37,750 bases of DNA from an uncultured Acidobacteriaceae bacterium (GTDB taxonomy: Bacteria; Acidobacteriota; Terriglobia; Terriglobales; Acidobacteriaceae): positions 1 to 37,750 of the forward strand of contig CAWFZU010000248.1 in the NCBI GenBank assembly GCA_963820195.1, in the 5' to 3' direction. The notes beneath the pieces are model-generated. The model made no database searches. It saw only the letters and a program-made list of their open reading frames with translations, and was not told where the DNA came from. The number at the start of each line of letters is the position of its first letter. The stretch's first letter is position 1. The position numbers and the translations under genes were made by a program. Below are positions 1 to 10,428 of this stretch, piece after piece.

Positions 1-11
1 GATGTATTGCT
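1..11 (+). other. Probable Oxford Nanopore adapter remnant (technical sequence)
   Basis: GATGTATTGCT resembles the adapter end ...TTACGTATTGCT. The KdpB translation (minus strand) matches the family up to KREQA at position 12 and then diverges from the expected continuation. Confidence 0.7.
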
Positions 12-1520
12 GCCTGCTCGCGCTTGATCAGGTCCATCTTGTCCTTGGGCTTGGCCTCGGCCAGAAAGTCGTCAACGCCGGCCTCGCGTGCGATCACCGC
101 GGCGGTCAGCGGATTGTCCCCGGTGATCATAATCGTCCGGATGCCCATCGCGCGCAAACGCGCCAGGCGCTCCTTCAGTCCGCCCTTGACGATGTCCTTG
201 AGGTGAATCACGCCCAGCGCCGTCGAGTTTTCCGCCACCACCAGCGGCGTTCCGCCTTGGCGGGCAACCTCTTCGACTTGCTCAGCGACCTTTCTGGGCA
301 GCGATGAGCCTTGCTCTTCAAGGAAGCGAGCGATGGCATCCACCGAGCCCTTACGGATGCGCGCGCCAGGCAGGTTGACGCCGCTCATGCGGGTCTGCGC
401 GGTGAAAGGGACAAACTCGGCGTGAATGCCGCCAATGTCGCGTCCGCGCAGATTGTACTTCTCCTTGGCCAGTACAACAATGGAGCGGCCCTCGGGAGTT
501 TCGTCGGAGAGCGAGGAGAGCTGCGCCGCGTCGGCCAGCCGCTCGTGACTCACATCCGGCGCGGGGATAAACTCTGTGGCCTGGCGGTTACCCAGTGTGA
601 TGGTTCCAGTCTTGTCGAGCAGCAGCGTGTTCACGTCGCCGGCGGCTTCCACGGCGCGTCCGCTCATGGCCAGCACGTTGTACTGAACCAGGCGGTCCAT
701 TCCGGCGATGCCGATGGCCGAGAGCAGCCCTCCGATGGTGGTGGGGATCAGGCAGACCAGCAGCGAAACCAGCACAAAGACCGTCTGCGGAGCCTTGGAG
801 TAGATGGCAAAGGGCTGCAATGTAACCACGGCGAGCAGAAAGACAATGGTAAGGCCGCTGAGCAGAATGCTGAGCGCGATCTCATTGGGCGTCTTCTGGC
901 GGGTTGCGCCCTCGACCAATGCGATCATGCGGTCGAGAAAGGTTTCGCCGGGATTCGATGTGATGCGTACCTTGATCCAGTCCGACAAGACTTTCGTGCC
1001 GCCGGTGACGGCCGAGCGATCGCCGCCGGCCTCGCGGATGACAGGGGCCGATTCGCCGGTGATGGCGGACTCGTCCACCGAGGCTACGCCTTCGATCACC
1101 TCGCCGTCGCCGGCAATGTAACTCCCAGCTACAACGTAGATCACGTCGCCCAGGCGGAGCAGGCCGCTGGCAATCTCTTCAAAACTGCTGTCTGCTCTGT
1201 ACCGTTGTGCAATCGTCTCGCCCTTGGCCTTGCGCAGCGTGTCGGCCTGAGCCTTGCCGCGGCCCTCGGCCATGGCCTCGGCAAAGTTGGCGAAGAGCAC
1301 CGTGAACCACAACCAGAGGGTGATCTGCAGGTTGAAGCCGAAGCCGGCACGGTGGTGAATGGTGTTGTTGATCAGCAGCGCCGTAGTCAGCACGCTGCCC
1401 ACCTCGACGACGAACATCACCGGGTTCTTGGCCATGCCACGGGGATCGAGCTTGCGGAATGCAGTCCACAAGCGCCTGGGCCATGATTTCCGTATTCCAG
1501 AGACTCTTTTTTTCAAGCAT
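12..1520 (-). CDS. kdpB: K+-transporting P-type ATPase subunit B (3'-partial, frameshifted by probable read errors)
   Basis: ATG at 1520 (MLEKKSLW). The minus strand encodes [18 protein letters not shown] (~1045-1063), LLLDKTGT (~600-627) and [12 protein letters not shown]. Lies directly downstream of kdpA. Confidence 0.95.
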
Positions 1521-1556
1521 GACAGTCCGTTTCGCGTTGTCCTGATGTGATTTCTG

Positions 1557-3277
1557 TTAGTAAAGCTGGCCCGTATGAAGCTGCAGGTGTTCCAAAATAG
1601 GTCCTAGGCTCAACGCCGGGAAGAAGGTCAGCGCACCGAGCAGCAATACCACGCCGATCAGCAGCACGGCAAAGAGCGCCGTGTTCACCGGGAAGGTTCC
1701 GGGCGAGGGCGGCACGCTCTTCTTGCTGGCCAGATTGCCGGCCAGGGCCAGCGCCGGAATCATCATCAGAAAGCCGCCCGATCAGCATGTCCCAGCCCAT
1801 CGCCACGTTGTACCACCAGTTGGTGCCCAGGCCGGCGAAGGCGGAGCCGTTATTGCCGGCTCCGGAGACGAACGAGTACAGGACCTCAGAAAACCCGTGC
1901 GGCCCGGGGTTGGCCATCACCGACTGTCCAACCGGCAATAGCACGAAGATTGCGGCAAACGTGAGGATGATGAACGGGAAAATCAGCGCGTAGAGCATCG
2001 CCATCTTCACGTCGTAGGATTCGATCTTTTTGCCCAGATACTCCGGTGTGCGGCCCACCATCAGGCCGGCGATGAAGACCGCCAGCACAACAAATATCAG
2101 CATGCCGTAAAGACCGGAGCCGACGCCGCCAAAGACCACCTCGCCGAGCATGATATTGGCCAGCGGGACCATGCCGCCCAGCGCAGTGAAGCTGTCGTGC
2201 ATGCCGTTGACGGCGCCGCAACTGGCGTCGGTGGTGATGGTGGCGAAGAGGGCGCTTTCGGCAATGCCGTTGCGCACCTCCTTGCCCTCCATGTTGCCGG
2301 CCGGAGCGGTCGCGCTGCCGATATTGCGCCGCGCCATGAATCATCGGATGGGGATGCGACTCAGCCCAGTAACAAACGGCGAAGCCGGAGGCGAAGAGCA
2401 CAAACATGGCCGCAAAAACCGCCCAGCCATGGCCCGGCGAGCCGGTCATCCTGCCTAATGTGTAGGTGAGTCCCGCGCCGATAACAAAGATGGAGAGAAT
2501 CTGAATGTAGTTCGACAATGGCGTGGGATTTTCATACGGGTGGGAACTATTGGCGTTGAAGAAGCCACCGCCGTTGGTGCCAAGCATCTTGATCGCTTCC
2601 TGCGAGGCCACGGGCCCCTGTCCGATCGTCTGCGACTGGCCCTCCAGCGTGTGTGCGGTGGTGTAGGCGCTCAGATTCTGGGGAACGCCCTGCCAGACCA
2701 GCACTATCGCATAGACCAGGCAGATTGGGAGCAGGACATAGAGCATGGTCCGGGTCATATCCACCCAAAAGTTACCGATCGTGGGCGAACTGGTGCGCTT
2801 GATACCTCGGATCAGCGCCACCGCCACCACAATGCCTGCCGCCGCGGACCAGAAATTGTGCGTCGCCAGGCCTGCCATCTCGGTGAGATAGCTCATGGTT
2901 GACTCGGGCGTATAGAACTGCCAGTTCGTATTGGTGGTAAAACTCGCGGCTGTGTTCCAGGCCAGATCGGGTCCCACCGCGGCCAGGTGCTGCGGATTCC
3001 ACGGCAGGAAGTTCTGCAGCCGTTCGATGGCGTAGGTCAGGAGCATGGTCACGGCGGAGAAGCCGAGCAATGCATAGGCGTACTCGCGCCAGTTCATCTC
3101 TTCCTTGGCGTTGACGCCGCATAGCTTGTAGATGAGCCGCTCGAAGGGACGGAGCACCGGGTCCAGCCAGGTGCGCTCACCCTCGAAGACGCGCGCAATA
3201 TAAGCGCCCACCGGACGAACGGTAGCGAGAAGGATCAGCGAGTAGATGGCAAATTGCAACCAGCCGTTGGCGGTCAT
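1557..3277 (-). CDS. kdpA: K+-transporting ATPase subunit A (three frames, probable read errors)
   Basis: Motifs [52 protein letters not shown] and [14 protein letters not shown] across ORFs 1886..3277, 1513..2337 and 1557..1766. Confidence 0.95.
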
Positions 3278-3278
3278 C

Positions 3279-3374
3279 TCAGAACTTCTCCGGGAAGAGC
3301 AGGGTGATGGTCAGGTAACCAAACAGCAGGACGGACAGAATCAGGGCAACTGCGGTGATGATGTCGGTTTGCAT
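3279..3374 (-). CDS. kdpF: KdpF, 31 aa single-TM subunit (MQTDIITAVALILSVLLFGYLTITLLFPEKF)
   Basis: Hand translation gives the typical GYL...LLFPEKF ending; stop is 1 nt before the kdpA ATG. Confidence 0.9.
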   Translation of the reverse strand: MQTDIITAVALILSVLLFGYLTITLLFPEKF

Positions 3375-3377
3375 GGG

Positions 3378-3464
3378 TTACCTCAGCTTCTGGCAGGCCA
3401 TGACGTAGAGAAACGCCAGGGCGAAGAAAACTGCCGTGAACAGCAACATCACTACATCTTGCAT
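3378..3464 (-). CDS. 28 aa hydrophobic peptide upstream of kdpF (KdpZ-like; MQDVVMLLFTAVFFALAFLYVMACQKLR)
   Basis: Hand translation; GAGGA RBS upstream, one TM helix, YxxACxKL end, stop 3 nt before kdpF. Confidence 0.75.
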   Translation of the reverse strand: MQDVVMLLFTAVFFALAFLYVMACQKLR

Positions 3465-3562
3465 CGCATTGCATCCTCGCATTTCGATGAGCAAGCCGTT
3501 GGGGAAGCCGCCTGCTCAAGAATGATTCTGGCTCTCGCCTCGTTAGAGTATCGAAAATCTTT

Positions 3563-3580
3563 CCTAAATAAAGCGTAAGG
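3563..3580 (-). promoter_or_regulatory. Putative KdpE-binding site
   Basis: Minus strand CCTTACG-cttt-ATTTAGG: imperfect T-rich direct repeat with 11-bp period, about 100 nt upstream of the kdp operon. Confidence 0.4.
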
Positions 3581-3666
3581 AATGGGGCGCGGGGCGAGAA
3601 TATTGTGGAAGATCGGTATGGTGGAGGGAATTTAAACCTATTTATGCACAATTTATTTGTTGGATT

Positions 3667-4362
3667 TTATTCTTCGTTGCCGGTCCAGCCTTCGGGGACA
3701 AAGCGGTAGCCAACCCAGGGTTCGGTCTGGATGTACTGCTTGCCGGTCTCGGCTTCGAGCTTCTTGCGCAACTGGCCGACGAAGACGCGCAGATACTCCG
3801 GCTGATGGGCCGATTGCGCTCCCCATACGGTGGTCAGCAGCACGCGATGGGTCATCACCTTGCCGGCGTGGCGGGCCAGGTGCAGCAGCAGGTCGAACTC
3901 CTTGGGCGTCAGGTGAATGGGCTTGCCCAGCACGGTAATCGAGTGCGCTTCCGCGTCCACTACGAAGTCGCCGGCCTCGATGGCCGAGGTCGTCCGCTCC
4001 GGGGCGCGACGCAGATGGGCGCGGACCCGGGCCAGCAGCTCCTGAATGTTGAAGGGCTTGGTCACGTAGTCGTCTGCGCCTGCGTCCAGAGCCTCAACCT
4101 TGGAGCGCTCGTGGTCGCGGACCGAGAGCACCAGGATCGGAACTGCCGATTGAGCGCGGATGGCGCGGCAGACCTCAACGCCGCTCAGGCCGGGCATCAT
4201 CAGGTCGGTGACCACCAGGTCGGGCGGCCATTCCTTGAAGAGCAGCAGGCCTTCCTCCGGCTCGTTGGCGGTGCGCACGTCAAAGCCTTGCGCGGAGAGC
4301 GAGGCGCGCAGCACGCGGGTAATCTGCGGCTCGTCGTCGATCACCAGAATTCTGCCGGGCAT
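3667..4362 (-). CDS. kdpE: OmpR-family response regulator KdpE
   Basis: ILVIDDEPQI, ALDAGADDYVTKPF, YLRVFVGQLRKKLE, TEPWVGYRF; adjacent to kdpFAB. Confidence 0.9.
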   Translation of the reverse strand: MPGRILVIDDEPQITRVLRASLSAQGFDVRTANEPEEGLLLFKEWPPDLVVTDLMMPGLSGVEVCRAIRAQSAVPILVLSVRDHERSKVEALDAGADDYVTKPFNIQELLARVRAHLRRAPERTTSAIEAGDFVVDAEAHSITVLGKPIHLTPKEFDLLLHLARHAGKVMTHRVLLTTVWGAQSAHQPEYLRVFVGQLRKKLEAETGKQYIQTEPWVGYRFVPEGWTGNEE

Positions 4363-4409
4363 GGCTTTCTTCTTTCGATAAAAGATTACATCATCCGGGC
4401 TGGCCGGGT

Positions 4410-5928
4410 ATGATTTTTGGCATGAAGATCATGGACGGGCTCTCCGACTCGCGTGGAATTCTACACTGGTTTGTGGGAACGCTGATGGCGGCATCGGCTA
4501 CCCTGTTGATGGTTTGGCTGGGCGCCAATTCGACGACCGCGGGGATGGTCTTTCTGGTGCTGGTGGTGTGGGTCTCCGCCCAGGCGGGAATCCGGCTCTC
4601 GCTGTATGTCACTCTGCTCTGCGCGCTCTCCTTCGACTACTTTTTTCTTCCCCCGGTGGGCACGCATGCGGCTGGAGGGCGCACAGGCATGGGTGGCGAT
4701 GATCTCCTTCCTGCTGAGTTGCGCGGTGGTGGGCCGCGTGGCCGAGCAAGCCCGCCGCCAGGCACGCCAGGCCGATGAGCGCCGCGAGGACGTCGAGCGG
4801 CTCTACGAACTCTCACAGGAGATGATGCTGCAAGAGGATGCCGCCGGCCTGATCCGCGACCTGCCGCGGCTGATCGAGCGCATCTTCGCGCTGGATGGGG
4901 TGGTTCTTTACGTCCGCGACCAGGACCAGTTCTACACCTCGACCGAGGATCTGCCGATGAGCATCCAGGCCAGTCTGCGGGCGATGACCCTGGGCCAGAA
5001 TCCCACCCAGGTCATTCCGGGAGCCTTCACGGTGCGAACGCTGATGATGGGCCTGAGGCCGGTGGGTGCCTTGGGCCTGAGGCCAGCGCGGCTTTCCTAC
5101 GAGGTGGCCACGGCGGTCAGCGCGCAGGTGGCCATCGCGCTTACTCGCGGCACGGCGGTCGAGGCCTCCGCCCACATGGAAGCGGCGCGCGAGGGAGAAC
5201 GGCTGCACGCCGCTCTGATCGACTCGCTGACCCACGAGCTGCGCACGCCGCTGACCGCCATCCGCGCCGCCTCCAGCACGCTGGTTGCGGGCGAAGGGCT
5301 GGATGAACCCGTGCGGCGGGAGCTGGCCGCCATCGTCGATGAGGAGAGCACGCATCTGGACCGTCTGATCGGCGAGGCCGTCGAGATGGCCGAAATCGAC
5401 TCTAACATGGTCAAGGTCCGCCCTGTGCCGCAGCATCCGCGCGCGCTGCTGGATCAAGCCGTCGAGGAGTCGCGCAAGACGCTGGCGGGTCATCGGGTGG
5501 TGATCGCCGCCGAAGGGCAGAGCAATCAAGGCGAGCCCGGCGGGCAAGACAATCCAGCCTGGTTCGATCCGCATCTGCTGGGCCGGGTGCTGCGTCACCT
5601 GCTGGAGAATGCGGCGCGGCACACCCCGGCGGGCGGCCGCATCCTGCTCGGCAGCCGGCGCCTGGGCGGCCGACTGGAGTTTCGTGTTGAGGACGACGGC
5701 CCGGGCATCGACGCCGTCGATCTGCCCTTCATCTTCGATAAGTTCTACCGCGGCAAGAAGGGCTCCAGGAAAGGCAAGGGGACGGGGATGGGCCTGGCCA
5801 TCAGCCGCGCCATCCTGGCCGCGCACGGCGGAGGCATCGAGGTCGAGAGCGCTCCGGGAAAGGGCGCCTGCTTCCGCTTCTGGGTGCCGCTGGTGGAGAA
5901 GGAGCCGGGGAGCAAGAAAGTTTCCTGA
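4410..5928 (+). CDS. kdpD: KdpD-like sensor kinase: TM (DUF4118-like) + GAF + HisKA/HATPase, lacking the N-terminal KdpD/Usp region; frameshift ~4665
   Basis: FDYFFLPP TM motif, H-box SLTHELRTPLTAI, LLENA, VEDDGPG, IFDKFYR, GTGMGL. Start could be 4410, 4422 or 4431. Confidence 0.8.
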
Positions 5929-5937
5929 AGTTTTTCT

Positions 5938-5966
5938 TTGACGCATGACGCATTACAGGCTACATT
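5938..5966 (+). promoter_or_regulatory. Sigma70-like promoter of higBA
   Basis: TTGACG-17 nt-TACATT, ending 6 nt before the higB ATG; GACGCAT direct repeat overlaps the -35 and spacer. Confidence 0.65.
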
Positions 5967-5972
5967 AATAAC

Positions 5973-6251
5973 ATGATTCAATCTTTCCGGCACGCGGGTC
6001 TGGAGAAGTTCTTCTACACCGGCAGCAAAGCCGGAATCCAGCCCGCTCATGCCCGAAAGCTGGCGATTCAGCTTGGCACGCTGGACATTTCACCTAATGT
6101 TGCGCGCATGAATGTTCCCGGTTGGGAACTGCATCCGCTCAAGGGCGATCTTGCGAATCACTGGTCAATCAAAGTCAGCGGCAATTGGCGGATGACGTTC
6201 AGGTTCGAGGGCGAGAACGCGATCCTCGTCGATTATCGGGACTATCACTAG
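5973..6251 (+). CDS. higB: HigB-family (RelE/ParE superfamily) toxin
   Basis: MIQSFRHAGLEKFF...LHPLKGD...WSIKVSGNWRMTFRF...DYH. Confidence 0.9.
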   Translation: MIQSFRHAGLEKFFYTGSKAGIQPAHARKLAIQLGTLDISPNVARMNVPGWELHPLKGDLANHWSIKVSGNWRMTFRFEGENAILVDYRDYH

Positions 6252-6259
6252 GAGGCAAA

Positions 6260-6562
6260 ATGACACGAATGTACAATCCGCCCCACCCCGGCGAACTTCT
6301 CCGGGAATATCTCGGCACGATGCAGGTTGGTGAAGCGGCGAAGCATCTCCGCGTGGCGCGGTCTACCCTGTCGCGGCTCCTGAATGGACGCACGTCGTTT
6401 ACCGCGCCCATGGCGCTGCGGCTTGCCGATGCGCTGGGCACAGAGCCGGAGGTATGGCTCGACTTGCAGCAGCAGTACGATCTGTGGCACGCCGCGCGGC
6501 GCAAGCGGCCCAAGGTCGTGAGGATCGTCTTCGCGGACGCCGGCAAGAGCGCCGCCGCATAA
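6260..6562 (+). CDS. higA: HigA-family HTH antitoxin
   Basis: GGAGG RBS then MTRMYNPPHPGELL...MALRLADALGT...WLDLQQQYDLW. Confidence 0.9.
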   Translation: MTRMYNPPHPGELLREYLGTMQVGEAAKHLRVARSTLSRLLNGRTSFTAPMALRLADALGTEPEVWLDLQQQYDLWHAARRKRPKVVRIVFADAGKSAAA

Positions 6563-6575
6563 AGAACAAATACGA

Positions 6576-8327
6576 CTAGCCTTCGAGTTTATACCGCGTC
6601 TCAGCGAGACGATAGAGGCGCCGCCAGACCAGCCGGTTCATCGTAACTACCATGGTGGCCATCAGCACGGTGGCCAGCAAGAGCGTCGAGAAATTTCCAC
6701 TGTCGCTTGCGGCGCTTATCTGCGCTCCCAGGCCCAGCGTTTGCAGAGTCTGACCGCCGATGTGGAAGTATTCGGAGACAATCGAGGCATTCCATGCGCC
6801 GCCCGAGGCGGTGATCATGCCAGTGACGAGATAAGGAAAGATTCCCGGCAGGATCAGCCGGGTCCAGCGCTGCCAGCGGGTGAAGCGATAGACCGCGGCG
6901 GCCTCTTTCAGGTCGGAAGGGATGGCCATCGCGCCGGCGATCACGTTGAAGAGGATGTACCATTGCGTTCCCATCAGCATGAGCGCGATCGCGCCGAAGC
7001 CAAGCCCGCCGCCAATGCGAATCAGCCCGAGCATCAGCACGGGAAATAGCGCGGTGGCCGGGACCGAGGCTACGACCTGCGTAATCGGTTGCAGATAGCG
7101 GGCCAGCCGCGGATTGGAACCGATGGTGACGCCGACGGGGATGGTCCACAAAGCGGCCAGGGCAATGGCAGTGTTGACGCGTAGCCAGGTAGCGCCGGCG
7201 CACAGCAGCAGCAGGCGAATGTCGGCCCAGGTGACGCCGTGGACAATCCGGATGGCCTGAGAGAGTCCCCAGAGGATGGCCAGAGCGGCCAAGACGCCGA
7301 GAAAGATGGGGAGCAGACGGCTGCCTTTCGCGGCATCATCGTCGATGGGCTGGACGGTGCGGCATTCGCGGGATTTGGAGAGCCGGCGATAGACGCCTTC
7401 CTCGATGCTGCCCCAGACGCGGGCGGGCAGACGTGTGAGCGCGCTGGGCCGTTGCAGCAGCGTAAGGATGGGCGAGGTGACGCGGGTGGCGGATTCCGTC
7501 TGCTCGAATTTGAATTTGTCGCTCCAGGCAATCAGCGGCCGCCAGATCAACTGGTCGGTGGCAACGATGATGAGCACCAAGACGACGAGTCCCCAGAGCA
7601 GGGCATGCAGATGTCCCCGGCGTCGGCGGCGGTTTGCAGGTAGCTGCCCAGGCCGGGGAGGCGGAAGTTGCGTTCGCCTTGAATGGTGAACATCTCGCAG
7701 ACGATCAGGAAGAACCATCCTCCGGCGACCGAGACAATCGAATTCCAGATCAGGCCGATGGCGGCAAAGGGCATCTCCAGTTGCCAGAAGCGCTGCCAGG
7801 CGGAGTAGCGATAGATGCGCGAGGCTTCGATCATCTCGCGGGGAATGCTCTTGAGCGAGGAGTAGAAGCTGAAGGCCATGTTCCAGACCTGGCCGGTGAA
7901 GATGAGCAGGATGGAGCCCATCTCGATGCCCAGCTGGTGGCCGGGAATCAGGGCCATCATGGCCAGCATCACGCCGGGCAGAAAGCTGAGCACGGGGATG
8001 GATTGCAGAATGTCGAGGACGGCGATCATCCAGGCTTCGACGCGGGGGTTGTAGGCGGCGATGTAGCCGTAGGAGACGGCGAAGATGAGGCTGAGAAAGT
8101 AAGCGATGGCGATGCGCACGACGGAGTAAAAGGCGTAGAGCGGCAGCGCGCGGACGGAGTGGGAGATGGGCGACCTCCGGCATCGGCTTGCGCCATCCAG
8201 TAGGTGCCCGTGCTGGATCATGGCGAAGAAGAAGGCGAGCGCCGCAGAGGATCACCGTCGCATCGATGAGAAACGGCCAGGTGCGATTGGCGACCAGCGG
8301 GCGGCCAAGCGGATGCTGGATCTTCAC
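6576..8327 (-). CDS. NitT/TauT-family ABC permease with two membrane domains (frameshifted)
   Basis: GTG start overlaps the ATPase stop (GTGA). Motifs LDILQSIPVLSFLP, FTGQVWNMAFSFY, QWYILFNVIAGA, GGAWNASIVSE, WRRLYRLAETRY. Confidence 0.85.
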   Translation of the reverse strand: MKIQHPLGRPLVANRTWPFLIDATVILCGARLLLRHDPARAPTGWRKPMPEVAHLPLRPRAAALRLLLRRAHRHRLLSQPHLRRLLRLHRRLQPPRRSLDDRRPRHSAIHPRAQLSARRDAGHDGPDSRPPAGHRDGLHPAHLHRPGLEHGLQLLLLAQEHSPRDDRSLAHLSLLRLAALLATGDALCRHRPDLEFDCLGRRRMVLPDRLRDVHHSRRTQLPPPRPGQLPANRRRRRGHLHALLWGLVVLVLIIVATDQLIWRPLIAWSDKFKFEQTESATRVTSPILTLLQRPSALTRLPARVWGSIEEGVYRRLSKSRECRTVQPIDDDAAKGSRLLPIFLGVLAALAILWGLSQAIRIVHGVTWADIRLLLLCAGATWLRVNTAIALAALWTIPVGVTIGSNPRLARYLQPITQVVASVPATALFPVLMLGLIRIGGGLGFGAIALMLMGTQWYILFNVIAGAMAIPSDLKEAAAVYRFTRWQRWTRLILPGIFPYLVTGMITASGGAWNASIVSEYFHIGGQTLQTLGLGAQISAASDSGNFSTLLLATVLMATMVVTMNRLVWRRLYRLAETRYKLEG

Positions 8328-9736
8328 TTGCTGTCCTCGCTGGCGGCAATCTCTTCGTCCTGCGCATCGGGCAGCACGAAGCGGCGGCGGCCGGCGTCGT
8401 AGTCGAAGAGCTCGGCGTAGCGGCCCCAGGTGACGGCGGTCTCCATCTGGCGCTGGCACTCCTCTTCGCTGAACTGCTCGTCGAGCATGTCGAGGAAGAA
8501 GTCCTCCGGAACGGTGTGGTCGCTCTTGGCTTCGAGGGCGCGGCGAATCTGGCGCAGCAGCAGGACGTTGGCCATGGCGGCGTCGCGGAACAGCTCCTTC
8601 TGGCGGAGAATCTCGGAGTTGGCGAACTCCGTGCCGCTCGGGGTGATGGCCGCGTCGCCTTCTTCGATCTTGAGGAAGCCGAGCAGCTGCGCGGCGTCCA
8701 CGATGGGCAGCAGGTCGTCGATCTCGAAGGCTCAGGTCGTCGGCCAGGCGGTAGATGTCGTCGCGGCCGCCCTTGTCGAGCAGCAGTTCGAGCAGGCCGG
8801 CCATGCCGCCGGGACGGGCGTGGGGCAGCATCTGGTAGTGCATCTGGCGCTGGTCGCGGACCTGGGTTCGGCTTGCTGGTCGGGCGCCTCGGCGGGGACG
8901 ACATCGGGCTTGGTGAGCACCTTGTAGATGTAGTCCACCAACTGCGTGAAGGGCTCTGATTTGCGGTCGCGGGGCTGCGGGAGCTGCACCTGGAAATCGG
9001 TGCGGATGTGGCCGGGATTGCGTCCCAGCACGATGATGCGGTCGGCCAGCAGCACCGCTTCCTCGATGTTGTGGGTGACCAGGAAGACGGCCTTGGTGGG
9101 CATGGTCTTGTTGGCCCACAGCTCCAGCAGTTCACTGCGCAGGTTCTCGGCGGTCAGCACGTCGAGCGCGGAGAAGGGCTCGTCCATGAAGAGGACTTCC
9201 GGCTCGACCACGAGGGCGCGGGCAAAGCCGACGCGCTGCTTCATGCCGCCCGACAGTTCCTTGGGATAGGCGGCCTCAAAGCCGTCCAGGCCGACCGTGT
9301 CCAGCATCTTCATGCTGCGGTCGCGGCGCTCGTCGGCGGCGACGCCGCGGGCCTGCAGCGGCGCTTCGACATTTTCCAGCACCGTGAGCCAGGGGAAGAG
9401 CGCGAAGCTCTGGAAGACGATGGAGACGTTGATCTCGGCGTCGGCGATGGGCTTCTCGTGCCAGTAGACCTGGCCGGCGGTGGGCGTGGAGAGGCCGGTC
9501 AACATGCGCAGCATGGTCGATTTGCCGGAGCCGGAGGGGCCGAGCAGGGCAAGGATCTCTCCGGGCACGATGCTCAGATCGGTGGCGGAGATGACCTGGA
9601 TGCGGTTCTGGCTGGGCTGCGCGTAGTACTTCTCGATCTTTTCGGCGCGAATGATGGCTTCCACAGCCGGGGCCGCGGTTGGGGGCGTGGCTGGGATCGA
9701 TTCCTGGATCGGGGTGGATGTGGCGGCTTCCTGCAT
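8324..9736 (-). CDS. NitT/TauT-family ABC ATP-binding protein with C-terminal AAA-associated domain (frameshifted ~8720-8860)
   Basis: Walker A GPSGSGKST, LSGGMKQRV, DEPFSALD, THNIEEA. C-terminal WGRYAELFDYD lies in ORF 8324..8701. Confidence 0.88.
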
Positions 9737-10053
9737 GGCTGGTTCTCCGGTGCGCCCGGCCAGAAGCCGCGGCTGGTATTTGTCTTTGAGTGTAGTCAGG
9801 CCCGGTTTCACTCAGATGAATCGGCATTCGCTGCCGGAAGCCGGGTTTGCTGAGCCGATTGGCAGCCGCCTGCCGGTCTCTTTGCTGGCTTGCGGCAAAA
9901 TCTCTGTTGAAAAAAATGCCCAAACTGAGCGTATCATTCAAACAAAGCATCTTGCCAGCAATGGGATTCTCATCGGTCACCGCCGGGGCGGAACCTGCCC
10001 CGATGCACGGCGGCACGTTGCGCGGCCAATTCCATCGTGTGTTAGGGAGAGAA

Positions 10054-10420
10054 ATGACGGAAACAGCCAAACCCGAGGATTCTGGTTGCCGACGACGAAC
10101 GTGTGATCGCCGACACGCTGGCCATGATTCTGAACCAGAGCGGATTTGATGCACGCGCCGTTTACTCGGGCGAGAAGGCGCTCGAGTTGGCCGTGCATTT
10201 CAAGCCGGACATGCTCATCTCCGACGTCATCATGGCCGGCCTGAGCGGCATCGAGGCGGCGATCCGGATTCGCGCCCTGTTTCCGCAGGTCAAGATTCTG
10301 CTCTTTTCCGGGCAGGCCGCTACGGCCGATCTGCTGGAAAAGGCGCGCGCCCAGGGCCACGAATTCGAGATTCTCGCCAAGCCGGTCCATCCCCAGGATT
10401 TACTGGCGAGGCTGCGCTAA
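10054..10420 (+). CDS. Single-domain response regulator (receiver), frameshift ~10070
   Basis: GGGAG RBS; MTETAKP / RILVADDERVIADTL...LISDVIM...LFSGQA...KPVHP. Confidence 0.85.
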
Positions 10421-10428
10421 TAAGGCAG

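Noticed and set aside
311-1486. Long opposite-strand ORFs (also 4813..5946, 14404..15765, 17461..18480, 23506..24582, 31036..32328, 32381..33337)
   Set aside because: Shadow ORFs that mostly overlap well-supported genes in high-GC DNA; no independent domains.
12-3277. Pseudogenisation of kdpA/kdpB and many other genes
   Set aside because: Catalytic motifs are intact and essential dnaX is equally affected, which fits read error.
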